Of a stretch of DNA of 64,000 bases, positions 53,382-64,000 are shown piece after piece. Source of the DNA: Rebecca billardiae RCC1528 (lineage: Eukaryota > Protista > Haptophyta); the NCBI GenBank assembly GCA_965240325.2, contig OZ251222.1:4960001-5024000 (forward strand), written 5' to 3'. Position numbers and translations under genes: made by a program. The notes beneath the pieces were generated by a model, which worked only from the letters and a program-made list of their open reading frames with translations, was not told where the DNA came from and searched no databases. Each line of letters starts with the position of its first letter. The stretch's first letter is position 1.

Positions 53382-56300
53382 GGGCGGCGGCGCGAGCGGC
53401 GGCGCGGGCGGCGGCGCGGGCGCGTACCGTCGGCCTCTGCCCATCGACCGCGCGCTGGCCGACGCGGCGAAGGCGAAGGGCGGCGCGACGGCGGCGGCGC
53501 CACCGCCGCCGCCCGCGCCCGCGCTGCCGCCGACGCCCACCGACCCGGCCGCCGCTGCCGCGCAGCTGCTGCCGGCGCAGCGGCCGCCGCGCGCGCCGGA
53601 CGAGGCGGCGGCCGCGCTCTCAGCCGCGCGCGCCGCCTCGCTCGGCGGCGCGCTGCGCGCGCTCGAGCCGCTGCTCGCGCCGTCGATGCCGCGGCGCTCG
53701 GCCGAGACGCTCGAGCGCGAGCGCGCCGCGCTGCGCGCGCTGCTCTGCGGGCAGGGCGGCGCGGGCGGCGGCGCGGGCCGTCTGCTGTCCGAGCTGTTCG
53801 ATCTGTACGCGGCGGTGGGCAGGGCGCGCGCGCTCGGCCGGGCGGCGCGGGCGTGGGCGCCGGGGGAGGCGCCGCGCACGCCGGCGCGGGCGGAGCGGGG
53901 CCGGGGGCTGGGCGCGGGCGGCGGCGGCGGCGCGATGCTCGTGGGTGTGAATGCGCGCCGCGCCGCGCGCACCGCCGCGGCCAAGCGTGCCACCGCGCCC
54001 GCCGCGGGCGCCGCGCGCCCGGCGTCCGCCGCGCCGCGGCCGGCGCGCGCCGCGCCGCCGCGGCCGGCGGCGGCGGGCGCCGCGCGCCCGTCGGTCGACG
54101 CGGCGGCGGGCTCGCACACCGTGGCGGCGGGCGCGGCGGCGGGCGCGGCGGTGGGCGAGGCGGCGGCCGAGGCCGCGCCCGCCGCCGAGCCCGCGCCCGC
54201 CGAGCGCGCGCGCTCCGCGTGGCTGCGCGGCGCGGGCGGCGCGCTCGGCGGCGGGCCGGCGCCGCCGCTGCCGTCGCTGCGCACGCTGCCGCGGCTGATG
54301 GCGGACACGGTGCTCGCGGCGCACGCGCAGCACGCGAAGGAGATGGCGGAGCGCCCGCCGCCGCTGCCGCCGCTGCCCAGCGCGGCCGCGCTGCTGCCCC
54401 TCTCGCGCGGCGCGTGGGTGTGCCTCTGCGCGGAGGCGGGCATTGAGGCTGCGCTGGGCGCGGCGCTGGCGGTGGCGGGGCGCGCGGCCGCGGAGGCGGA
54501 GGGCGAGGGCGGCGCGGAGGCGGAGGCGGAGGCGGAGGAGGCGGGCGGCGCGCCGCGCACGCACGCGGAGGTGCTGCTCGACCGCGTGCTCGGCCAGCAC
54601 CACGCGGCGGAGGAGGACGGCGGCAGCGTGCACCGGCGGCGCAGGCCGCAGCCGCCGCCGCCGCCGCCGCCGCCGCAGCCGGCTGGCGGCGCCGGTGCCG
54701 CGGTGGGCGCGGCAGCGGCGCCGCCCTCGCCCAGCAAGCAGCAGCGCGCGCCCGGCGGCGCGCCGCGCGCGATCTGGCTCGGGCTGCCCGAGAGCGAGCC
54801 CCCCTCCGCCCCCACCGCGCCGGACGCGGAGCGCGCCGCCTCCCCGTCCGCGCTCGCCGCCGCCGCGCTCGGCGCCGGCTGCCTGCCCTACGCCCAGTAC
54901 GTGCACGCGCTGTGCGTGTGCGCGCACGCGCGGATGGCGCACGTGCCGGTGGCGATGCTCTCCGAGCGCGTGGAGGAGCTGCTGTGCGTCCACCTCAGGC
55001 CGCTGCTGGCCGCGCACTCGGCGCACGGCTGCGCGCAGCGGGCGCAGCGCGTGGCGCTCGGCGCGCAGCAGCACACTACAGCGGCCGCGGCCGAGGCGGC
55101 GGCTGCAGCGGCGGGCTCGTTCAGACGCGCGAGCATGCCGCCAACCGCGTCGCCCGGCCCGGGCCCGCGCGCGCGCGAGCGCGCCGGCAGCCCTCGCAAG
55201 GGCGGCGGCGTGGGCGGCGCCCTCGGCGTGATCGGCGCGCTGCGCAAGGGAGCCGCCGCCGGCGGCGGCGGCGGCGGCGGCGGCGCGGAGCGCGGCCGGC
55301 ACGGCGCGAGCGCGGCTGCCGGCGGCGCGGGCGCGCGCGCGGGCGCGCGCGGCGCGGGCAGGGGGCCCGCCCACCTCCGCCCCTCCTCGCCTCGGCTGGG
55401 CCGCGGCGTGCGGCGGCAGAGCTCGGTCGTCGCGGCGGGCCGGCCGATGGGCGGGGCGGCCGCCTCGCGCGCGGCCGAGGCCGGCGGCGCGCACGTCGGG
55501 GCGGCAGCCATCCTCGTGCCGCCAACGCGCGGCCCGCGGCTGCGCGCCGCGCAGCTGAGCGCGCCGGGCGCGCTGCGGCGCGCGCTGTGCGCGCACGCGC
55601 CCGTGCTGCTCGCCGTGCACCGCGCGTACGCCTCGGCCACGCTCGCCCGCCTCGCGCGCACGGGCGTGGGCGTGGGCGTGGGCGTGGGCGTGGGGCTGGG
55701 CGTGGGGCTGGCCGAGTGGGTCTGCCTGTGGCGCGACCTCGGGCTGCTGGCGCACGGCAGCGGGATGGAGGGGGGCGATGCGCACGCGCTGGCGGCGGAG
55801 GCGCGCGCGGCGCACGCGGCGTCGGGCGCGCACGGGGGCGTGGGCGCGCGCAGCCTGGCCGGCCTCGTCTGGGCCTTCGTCGGCGCGCTCGCAGACCCGG
55901 CGCCGCACCCGCCGCCCCGCGGCCGAGACGAGCCAGCCGCGCAGCAGCAGCACCCAGGAGAGGGCGGCGAGGCGGTGCTGGGCGCGGGCGCGTTCTGCGC
56001 GGCGCTCGTGCGCGCGGTCGAGCTGGACAGCCGGCTCGAGGACGGCACGGCCCCGCCGCACGCGCCGCAGCGCCGCGCCGCCGTGCCGCTGGCTGCGCGC
56101 GTGCGCCGCTTCGTGAGCGAGCACGTCGTGGGCGCGCTCGGCTCGGCCTCGCTCGTGCGCGCGTCCACGGAGGCGCCGCCGCAGCTCGAGGCGTGGCTCG
56201 AGGCGAAGCAGCTCGCGCTGCGCGTGCGGCTCAAGGCGAACGAGCCCGCGCTCGAGGCCGCGCCCGCGGCGGACGCGGCGGAGGCCCGCGCGGCGGACGC

Positions 56301-56487
56301 GCCGCGGCCGCCGCGCACCGCGCCCGCCGCCGTGCCCGACGGCGGCGGCGCGCGCCGCGCGGCAGTCTCGGGCGGCTCGGCGGCGGCGGGCGCGGGGCCG
56401 GGTGCCGGCGGCAGCGCGGCGAAGGCGCCGGTGCTGCTGCTGCCCGTGGAGACACGGCCGCGCGTGCCGCCGCCCGCGCCAAAGTGA
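52396..56487 (+). CDS. Large low-complexity hypothetical protein with degenerate EF-hand/p25-like helical motifs
   Basis: About 1360-codon open frame with ordered segments (LFDLYAA, LSRGAWVCLCAEAGI, YAQYVHALCVCAH, LAEWVCLWRDLGLL, FCAALVRAV) between Ala/Gly/Pro tracts. Confidence 0.55.
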
Positions 56488-56675
56488 GGCTTCGCACCAT
56501 CACCGCGACCGCGCGCGCGCAGTCGACGGCCATGCTGAATTGCTGAATTGAAGAATAGGCCGGCGGTTGGAAGCAGGCGGGTCGTAGAAAGGGGGCCAAC
56601 CACGCACGTCCGGCAAACGGCTTCTCGCGAATCGCCACGCGGATTTGAGATTCTTGAGGACAGCCGCACTCACTA

Positions 56676-56770
56676 ATCTCGCCTGCCTGAGCTGTGTGCG
56701 TCTCTTATTCTTAGTAAACTGTATCTCGCCTGCCTGAGCTGTGTGCGTCTCTTATTCTTAGTAAACTGTA
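56676..56770. repeat. Tandem dimer of the 47-bp unit
   Basis: Two perfect copies starting at 56676 and 56723. Confidence 0.92.
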
Positions 56771-56900
56771 CGCCCCTGATTGGCGGACGAGCCCCGCTCA
56801 AGCCTGAATCACGGGCGAACCCCCAAATCATTTCGGCGGCGGCGGCGGCGGCTTGTTGGGGCCGCGGGTCGCGGGAAGCGACCGGCCGTCCACGCAGTCC

Positions 56901-57422
56901 ATGGACGCAGGGCACGCGGGGGCGGAGGAGGCGGGCGAGGAGGTGGAGCTGACGCTGCGCGAGAAGGCCGAGGCGGGCGACGCGGACGCGCAGTACGCCC
57001 TCGCGCTCGGGCTCATCGACACCGACGACGGCCGGCACGTGAGCGAGGCCGAGCGCGACGAGGCGACGCTCTGGTTCAAAGCGGCCGCCGAGAAGGGCCA
57101 CGCGCGCGCGCAGGCGTACTACGGCTGCGCGCTGGTCGAGGGGCAGGGCGTGCCCGCCGACCCGATCGCGGGCGTGCGCTGGCTCTCCAACGCCGCGCAG
57201 CGCGGCTCGGTCACCGCGCTCGCCAAGCTCACGCAGCACGCGGCGGTGAAGGCGGTGGCGGCGGGCTGCTGCATCGCGTGCGGCACCACCTACCCGCTGC
57301 ACACGTGCAAGAAGTGCGGCGTCGCGCGGTACTGCTCGCACTCGTGCCTCAAGGACATGTGGCCCACGCACATCGGCACGTGCAAGGAGTGGCAGAAGGA
57401 GAAGACCATCGCGGGCTCCTGA
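56901..57422 (+). CDS. Sel1-repeat + MYND zinc finger protein
   Basis: Sel1: AEAGDADAQYAL, WFKAAAEKGHARAQ, GQGVPAD...WLSNAAQRG. MYND: CIAC...CKKC...YCSHSC...W.TH...C. Confidence 0.88.
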   Translation: MDAGHAGAEEAGEEVELTLREKAEAGDADAQYALALGLIDTDDGRHVSEAERDEATLWFKAAAEKGHARAQAYYGCALVEGQGVPADPIAGVRWLSNAAQRGSVTALAKLTQHAAVKAVAAGCCIACGTTYPLHTCKKCGVARYCSHSCLKDMWPTHIGTCKEWQKEKTIAGS

Positions 57423-60400
57423 CGCGCCGATATGCCCACGGCGGCCCTCCGCCCACGGCCCGCAGCCGCCGTGCGCTGGCACCGACGTCCGCCATCACGC
57501 GCCCAACGCCCGGCCCGTGACGAGCTGAGCCGCCAGCTGCCAGCCCGCTCCGGGCGTCACGCAGGCAGGCGGTGGAGGCACTTCCCCTTCGAGCCCAAGT
57601 GTGCGTTTGGGTAGCGGCCGCGGGCGGCTGCTCTGCTAGGGCACCCGGCGCGGTGCGCGCCGCGAGTCCGCGCCACGGACCGTGAGCGTGGCCGGCGGGC
57701 GTGGGCGTGGCCGCGTGGCCGCGGTGGCCGGGCGCCCGGCCACTCGTGCTTGTCTCGGGACGGCCGTGCGGTGATGAGTATATATTCTGGAAACCCACGA
57801 GAACAAAGGCACGACTTCACGCTGGGGACCAGCCCGTCGCGGGGCCTTTATTTGACGCCCCGGCTAACCTGTCGGTCACATATGCGCAATTCGCGTACCC
57901 GCTTACGCGCTCGATAGGACAAAAGCCGCTCGTCGTCCGGTCAAAAACCGCTCGTCGTTCGGCGCTTTCCGTACTCACATTCGCGCGAATCGCATCGGCG
58001 CATTCGTCGTGTCGCGAGTTCACATTTCACATTCGCACGAACCGTCACTTTATCGCTGGACATTTCACGAGCGAAAGGGCGCGCTGATAGTGGCACGCGG
58101 GTATCATCTTGCATCGGACTACGAGTATCGGAGCAAGTAGCAAACCCCGCTCGGCCCCGGCGGCGTCGCCTCGACACCAGCCGAGAGCCCACGAATCCAA
58201 GGGTCGCCCTCGTGTCGGTCGGTCCGACGAACGGCTCGCGTGCGGCGCCAGCGAGCGACGCGGGGCACGCGGCGGGCGCACGCGCGAGGCTGCCCACCAC
58301 GCGCACGCGTGCGAACCCGCCGGCTCGGGCGACACGCGCCGCCTCAGCTCGAGCACGAGCGCGAGGCGTGGCGCCAGCTCGCGGTCGGGCGGCGGAGGGC
58401 TCGAGCTGCCGACTGCGCGCGACGAGCGGCTCGCGTGCGGTGCCAGCGGATGAAGCGGCACGCGCGGCGGGCGCATACGCGCAGGGCCGCCATCCACGCG
58501 CGAGCGCGCGACTGCGTGTTCCACGAGCTGCAGCAGGCGGCCGCGGGCTGGCCGGCGGCCGGCGAGGTCGGCGGAGACGCGGTGCCGCCCGGCCCGCGTT
58601 CTCGCTTGGGCGCGGGCCACACTCTCACTCACAGCGCGGGGCGTGGTGCTGCAGACGGGCCAGTCATTGCAGCGCGTGGTCAGACGTGCACACGCGCGCG
58701 CGTCGTCAGCCCCGCCGCTGCGCCCCTGTGGCGCCGTTGGCAGCGTCGGAATTCCGAGCTCGGGCCACCGGCCCGGCGTGCCATCGTGCGTTTCAGAAAC
58801 AGGTTTCCAGCCCAAGTTGACGCGCAGCGCCAACCCATATACATGATATATATGTAGCTATCACATCGCTCAATAGGCGTACAGCAGGAGTCAGCATCAG
58901 GGTGGAATTCCCATTTTCTGGCGCACTTCCGCACTGGGGAGGCGGAAAAGCGTCATTTAATACGCGAATCAGGAGTAAAAAAGAAAGAAGGGAATAAAGC
59001 GCACGCAGTGCGAAGAAATTTTTCCGGGTGTATCCGCGTAGTTATTGTGCGAAGCACCCGATCTGCTGCGAGGCGGCCTGCTTGCGCACGCGGCGTCCCG
59101 AGCACCCTCGGGGCTCAGCTGCGGCTCGGCCTGCGCACGCTTAGCAAGCTCGCGTGTGGCCTGCACCTTGCCCGCCGCCTCGACTCTCGAGCAAGAGGAT
59201 CGACGTATGAGTGAGCGTGTGCCGCCGAGCCGTGCTGTCCGGCAGCCACCCGCGACTGCAGCCGCTGGCCGCGGTGCCTGGCCTCGGCGCGGCCCCACAG
59301 GCTCAGCGCTGTGAGCTCCTCCTCCTTCTGCGCTCCTCCTCCAGGCGTTTGGGCCGCCGCCGCCTTGGCCGCCTCGTCCTCGTCGATCAGCTGAACGGCG
59401 GGAGTGATGTCTCTGCTCAGCTGAGTGTGACGTGACAAGCGATGCGACGAGCGACGGCAGCCCGGTGACCAAGCCGACGAGCTCATCGTACGAGCCGTCA
59501 CGCGTGCGCTCGTGCCGTGTCTGAGCTGGCTCGCGCTCGTACGCCGACCAGGCTTTGCTCGGACTGAACGCGTCTGCTCGGGCGTCCTTGCGTGTGCGCT
59601 TGGACGGCCGCGGGCCGTCATCTGGTCCGACCGCGCGCAGCTCGATCTCGGAAGCGTTGAGCTGCTCCGCGGTTGACTCACCGTCTGCCTCAGGCTCGAC
59701 CACGGCAGCAGGCCCCGCAGTAGCCGCCAGATAGCATCGGCAGGGGCCCCTGCGCCACCCGCCGCCGTCCGCACATCGGCCAGCTTGCCGCACACGCGCT
59801 GGACCACGGCCTCGCCGCGCTTGACGCGGATGTGGTGCCAGGTCGTCGTGCCAATTGCTTGGCTATCGACAACGGGCACGGGCACCTCGATCACGACAAC
59901 GCCTGTCGCGTAGGCTGTGTAGCGATGTCCGTCCACGACTCCGTCGTGGGTGGACGGCGCACGCCATCGCGGCCGTGGGCGCAAGTGTCTCGTGAATTGT
60001 TTTATAATTCACTAATTCGCCCAGCCGCTACATCGAACTCGACAACGGTTGCTTTTACACCCGCGATCTTTTGACTGTGCAAATGGGGCGCCGCCCCATG
60101 CTCAAATCCGACGAGAACGAAGATGTAAAAGTGTCTGGTCCCTAGATACTGTGCTGTCCGGGTCCCGGTCCGGTCAGATCTGAGCAGCCGGATTTTCCGC
60201 CCGGACAGGCCAGAAACTGAATGGGATTTTTGAACACCCATCACTAGTATCATCGTCGATGATGCAGCAATAATAATACTGCATGCCACAGCTCAGTGAC
60301 GACCGTGTCATACGCCGTCTCACGCCCACGGACTCAGTGACACTGACAGTCGTGACTGGTCACGACGAGATGAGCCAGTCACAGTCTCGTCGTTCGTCAA

Positions 60401-60596
60401 CGCGGGCGCGATTCGACACTCGTCGTAGTCGAGCGTCATCGCCACCGGGCGGTGCGCCACCTGCCCGAGCCGCACGCGCGCCGCCCGGCCGACAGCGCCA
60501 CGCGAGCTTGCTTCGTCAGCGTGCGGGACGATGACGCGGCGCGTGCACCGACGCGGGTGCCCGAGCAGCGCAGTCCTGAGACCTGAGTCCAGTGAG

Positions 60597-61069
60597 TCAG
60601 TCCTCGTCCCGCACCAGCTTGGACTCGGGGTTCCACGGCGCGTTGTTCTGCGGGGATGGGTCGGGCGCGGGGCAGCGCGGCGCGGGGGCGAGGCGCTCAG
60701 CGCGCGTACGCGCCTCGCCCACTGCGCTGCGGTCTGCGCGCGGTGTGCGCGCGGTGTGCGCACCCTGCTGATGTTCTTCTTGCCGCTCGGGTCAAACGCG
60801 CCGTAGTTGCGCGTCTGGATCTTGGCCATGTACGCCTCGGCGACGTGCTTGCAGTCCTCGACGTGGTTCACGCCCGCCTTCATGTAGCACATCTGCAGCA
60901 TCTCCTGCAGCATCCTCACCTCCTCGACGGCCACCGCGTAGTCGCGCGTGCGCTGCTGGCGCGCGAGCGCGAGCGCGTGCCGGTCGGCCGGGTCCTCGGG
61001 CGGGTCGGGCACGCGCTTGAAGTCGCGGAACGGCATGGGCGGCTCGTCATTCCAGAGGCGCGACGACAT
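60597..61069 (-). CDS. NDUFB10: NADH:ubiquinone oxidoreductase subunit B10 (PDSW)-like, 2 exons
   Basis: LQMCYMKAGVNHVEDCKHVAEAYM (Cx4GVNHx3C). GT-AG intron 60648-60763 gives the C-terminus NNAPWNPESKLVRDED*. Confidence 0.8.
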
Positions 61070-61513
61070 CGCGGGCGCGCGGGGCTGCCGCCAGGTGCCG
61101 CCTTCGCGCTGCGCTCGGCGCCCGCGGGACCGAGCCCCTCCTCACAAGCTGCCCAAGCGAGAGCGCCTGCTCGCTGTCGATGGCGTTCGGCCAGGCGCCA
61201 GTCCGGGCGGTCCGGCGCCCGCCGCGACGCCACGGCGCGTGGTCGACGTGGGGCCGTGGCTGCAGCACTGCTGAGGCCTGCTGAGCCGGTGAGCGCGCGT
61301 CGCTCGCCGGTGAAGACGCACGCCGGTTCGCGGGGTCTCTTGCGGGTGCTGGCCTCGATCCGCGCGCTCTGCCCGACGTGGCTCGGCGCCGTCGAGGCGG
61401 CGCGCGTCGCGCTGATCGGCGCGCGCGCGCTCGCTCCCGCCCCACTTGTGCGCCCCCGCCCTTGCGCGCGCGCGTGGCGCACAGGGGGCTGTGAGCGGTA
61501 CGGGTCTGCGAGC

Positions 61514-62114
<601 letters not shown>

Positions 62115-62661
62115 GCGCGCCGTCGGCCGCGTCGCTGCAGCCGGCGGGCGACCTCGGCGCATCCTGCGGCGCCCGAGGTTGGGGCTGCGAATGCCCGACT
62201 CGCTGGCCAGTCGGAGACTCGCGCCGATTCAGTGTCCGATTCGGCGTCGTCATCAGTCCGGCTATCCGCGGTGGCCGCGCATTAGCCGCGCGTGCGGCCC
62301 GGAGACGCGCAGTGCTGTCGGTTTGAACTCGGTTGGCAGTGCTGCGATAGTACTGCAGCATTGACAGGGCCCTCTTTCTGTCCGTGCTCCAGCCGACGCA
62401 GATTCATGAGCAAGCATGTTATTAATAATATTAATATTTAAAAAGTAGTCAGTTTTAAAGTGATCGGAATACAGACTATATAAATTATATAATATAAGAT
62501 CGACGACGATGTGGCCCATATGCGTCGTATCCGTGGCTGTGAGTGGCTGCCGTCACCTCGGAACGCGGCGCGGGAACGGGCTGAATGAAAATAAAACTCG
62601 CGCGCTCGTCGTGCGCGATTTGTTTTTTTTAAATACAAATGCAAAACCGCGCGTCGTGGGC

Positions 62662-63492
62662 TCAGTGCCAGTGCGCGCTGCTGAAGAGCTCGAGCCGCTT
62701 GAGCAGCACGCCGGCCGGCGCGTCGACGACGTGCTCGACCGCGTCGGCCACGTCGTCCACGCTGAGGAACGAGGCGCGCACGTCCGCCGAGGCGCCCGCG
62801 CGCTCTTGCAGCGGCGTGTCCACCCCGCCCGGGTGGATGCTCGTCACGCCGATGCCGTGCGCGCGCAGCTCGTTGCCGAGGCAGTCCGCGTACCCGGAGA
62901 GGCCGTGCTTGCTCGCCGCGTACACGCTCTCGCCGCCGATCGTCCAGGTGGGCAGCCCCGCGACCGAGTTGATGAAGACGAGCCTGCCGGCGCGGGCCTC
63001 GAGCATGCGCGGCAGCACCGCCTTGGTCAGGTACATCGCGCCCTTCAGGTTCACGTCGATCAGCCTGTCCACCTCCGCCACGTCGAACTCGGCGAACGGC
63101 TTGCGCGCGTACAGCGCCGCGCTGTGCACGAGCGCGCACGGGCAGAGCGGCCCGGCGGGCGCGGCGTCGAGCGCGGCGAGCACGCCGGCCGAGAGCGCGT
63201 CCCAGTGCGCGATGTCGCACGCGACGGGCAACACCGTGCCGCCGCCGCCGTGCGCCGCGACGTCCGCGGCGAGGCTGTCGAGGCGCGCGCGCGTGCGCGC
63301 GATCGCGACGACGGTCCAGCCGCGCCGCGCAAAGCGCTCAGCGACGCGGCGGCCGACGCCCTCGCTCGCGCCGCTCACGACGACGGTCGGGCGCGGGGCG
63401 GCCGGGCTGCTCGTCGCGCCGCCCGGCGCGAGCAGCGGGCCGAACACCAGCACGAACCGCGCGATCGTCGCTGACGATGCGGCCGCCGCCAT
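62662..63492 (-). CDS. Short-chain dehydrogenase/reductase
   Basis: SGASEGVG, VNLKG, INSVAG, YAASK and IHPGGVDT motifs. Confidence 0.92.
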   Translation of the reverse strand: MAAAASSATIARFVLVFGPLLAPGGATSSPAAPRPTVVVSGASEGVGRRVAERFARRGWTVVAIARTRARLDSLAADVAAHGGGGTVLPVACDIAHWDALSAGVLAALDAAPAGPLCPCALVHSAALYARKPFAEFDVAEVDRLIDVNLKGAMYLTKAVLPRMLEARAGRLVFINSVAGLPTWTIGGESVYAASKHGLSGYADCLGNELRAHGIGVTSIHPGGVDTPLQERAGASADVRASFLSVDDVADAVEHVVDAPAGVLLKRLELFSSAHWH

Positions 63493-63708
63493 CGCCCATC
63501 CTTGTGGATCACCAGACACCAGCCGGTGAAATTGTGAAAATCAATCCGGGCCGGCGCTGCGGCGTCCGTTTATATTCGTTCGGACTTTCGGGGATGGACG
63601 GACGCACGGCGGTGCCAGTCACTGCCTACTGGTCGCCCTCTCTCCCGATGGCAGCAAGCGTCAGTCGGCTGGCGTTGCCGCGGCCACAGTGCCCGACGCT
63701 CGATCGCG

Positions 63709-64000
63709 TCACGAGAGCGCGTCGTCCGCGTCGGCCGGCGTGGCGAGCGTGGAGCTGAAGCGGTGCAGCGCGGCGCGCATCTCGTGGAAGAGCTGCACGC
63801 GGCTGGCGAGCACCTCGTCCAGGTGCAGCGCGTACTCCGCCGCGTCGGCGAGGCAGGCGGAGTGCTCCTCGAGCAGCGCCATCTCCTGCGCCCACGCGTC
63901 CGGGTCGTAGGCCACGCGCAGCACCTCGGTCAGCACCGAGAGGGCGCGCGCGTGCTTGCCCCTGCGCGCGGCACCAGCGGCGCGGGCGCGGGGCGGGGCG
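63709..64000 (-). CDS. 3' end of a gene running off the window; resembles a kinesin-13 C-terminal helix
   Basis: EMALL...YALHLDEVLASRVQLFHEMRAALHRF resembles the kinesin-13 tail pattern EMxLL...Y...L..IL.......L...L..F. The motor domain is not in the window. Confidence 0.4.
   Translation of the reverse strand, partial: APPRARAAGAARRGKHARALSVLTEVLRVAYDPDAWAQEMALLEEHSACLADAAEYALHLDEVLASRVQLFHEMRAALHRFSSTLATPADADDALS

Noticed and set aside
57787-58810. MITE bounded by CTGGAAACC/GGTTTCCAG
   Set aside because: Only a 9-bp match and no target duplication.

Overview
Very GC-rich eukaryotic nuclear DNA with short GC-rich spliceosomal introns, several using GC donors. Composition and gene style suggest a haptophyte-like microalga (inference). 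The first 12.8 kb is a transposon nest. An AT-richer array of TGTACCA/TGGTACA motifs is interrupted by three CACAG-terminated elements, each with a 2-bp target duplication. Two are inverted copies of a 2.63-kb non-autonomous element whose ends carry the RSS heptamer CACAGTG in a bipartite end structure. The third is a 6.2-kb element with ~35-bp TIRs encoding a RAG1/Transib/Chapaev-like DDE transposase that appears to lack the RAG1 zinc-ligand set, plus an upstream orphan ORF or exon. The rest is gene-dense: MFS transporter, nucleotidyltransferase-EamA fusion, acetolactate synthase small subunit, SAM methyltransferase, UvrD/PcrA helicase, histone H2A.Z, histidine phosphatase, CXIP4-like protein, NOL10/ENP2, RPS11, PHD-like/bromodomain protein, SET-7BS double methyltransferase, Sel1-MYND protein, NDUFB10, ubiquitin-RPS27a and an SDR. 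It also holds an internally deleted hAT element, a Harbinger-like MITE and a dispersed 47-bp unit. All assignments come from motif recognition by eye, not database searches.
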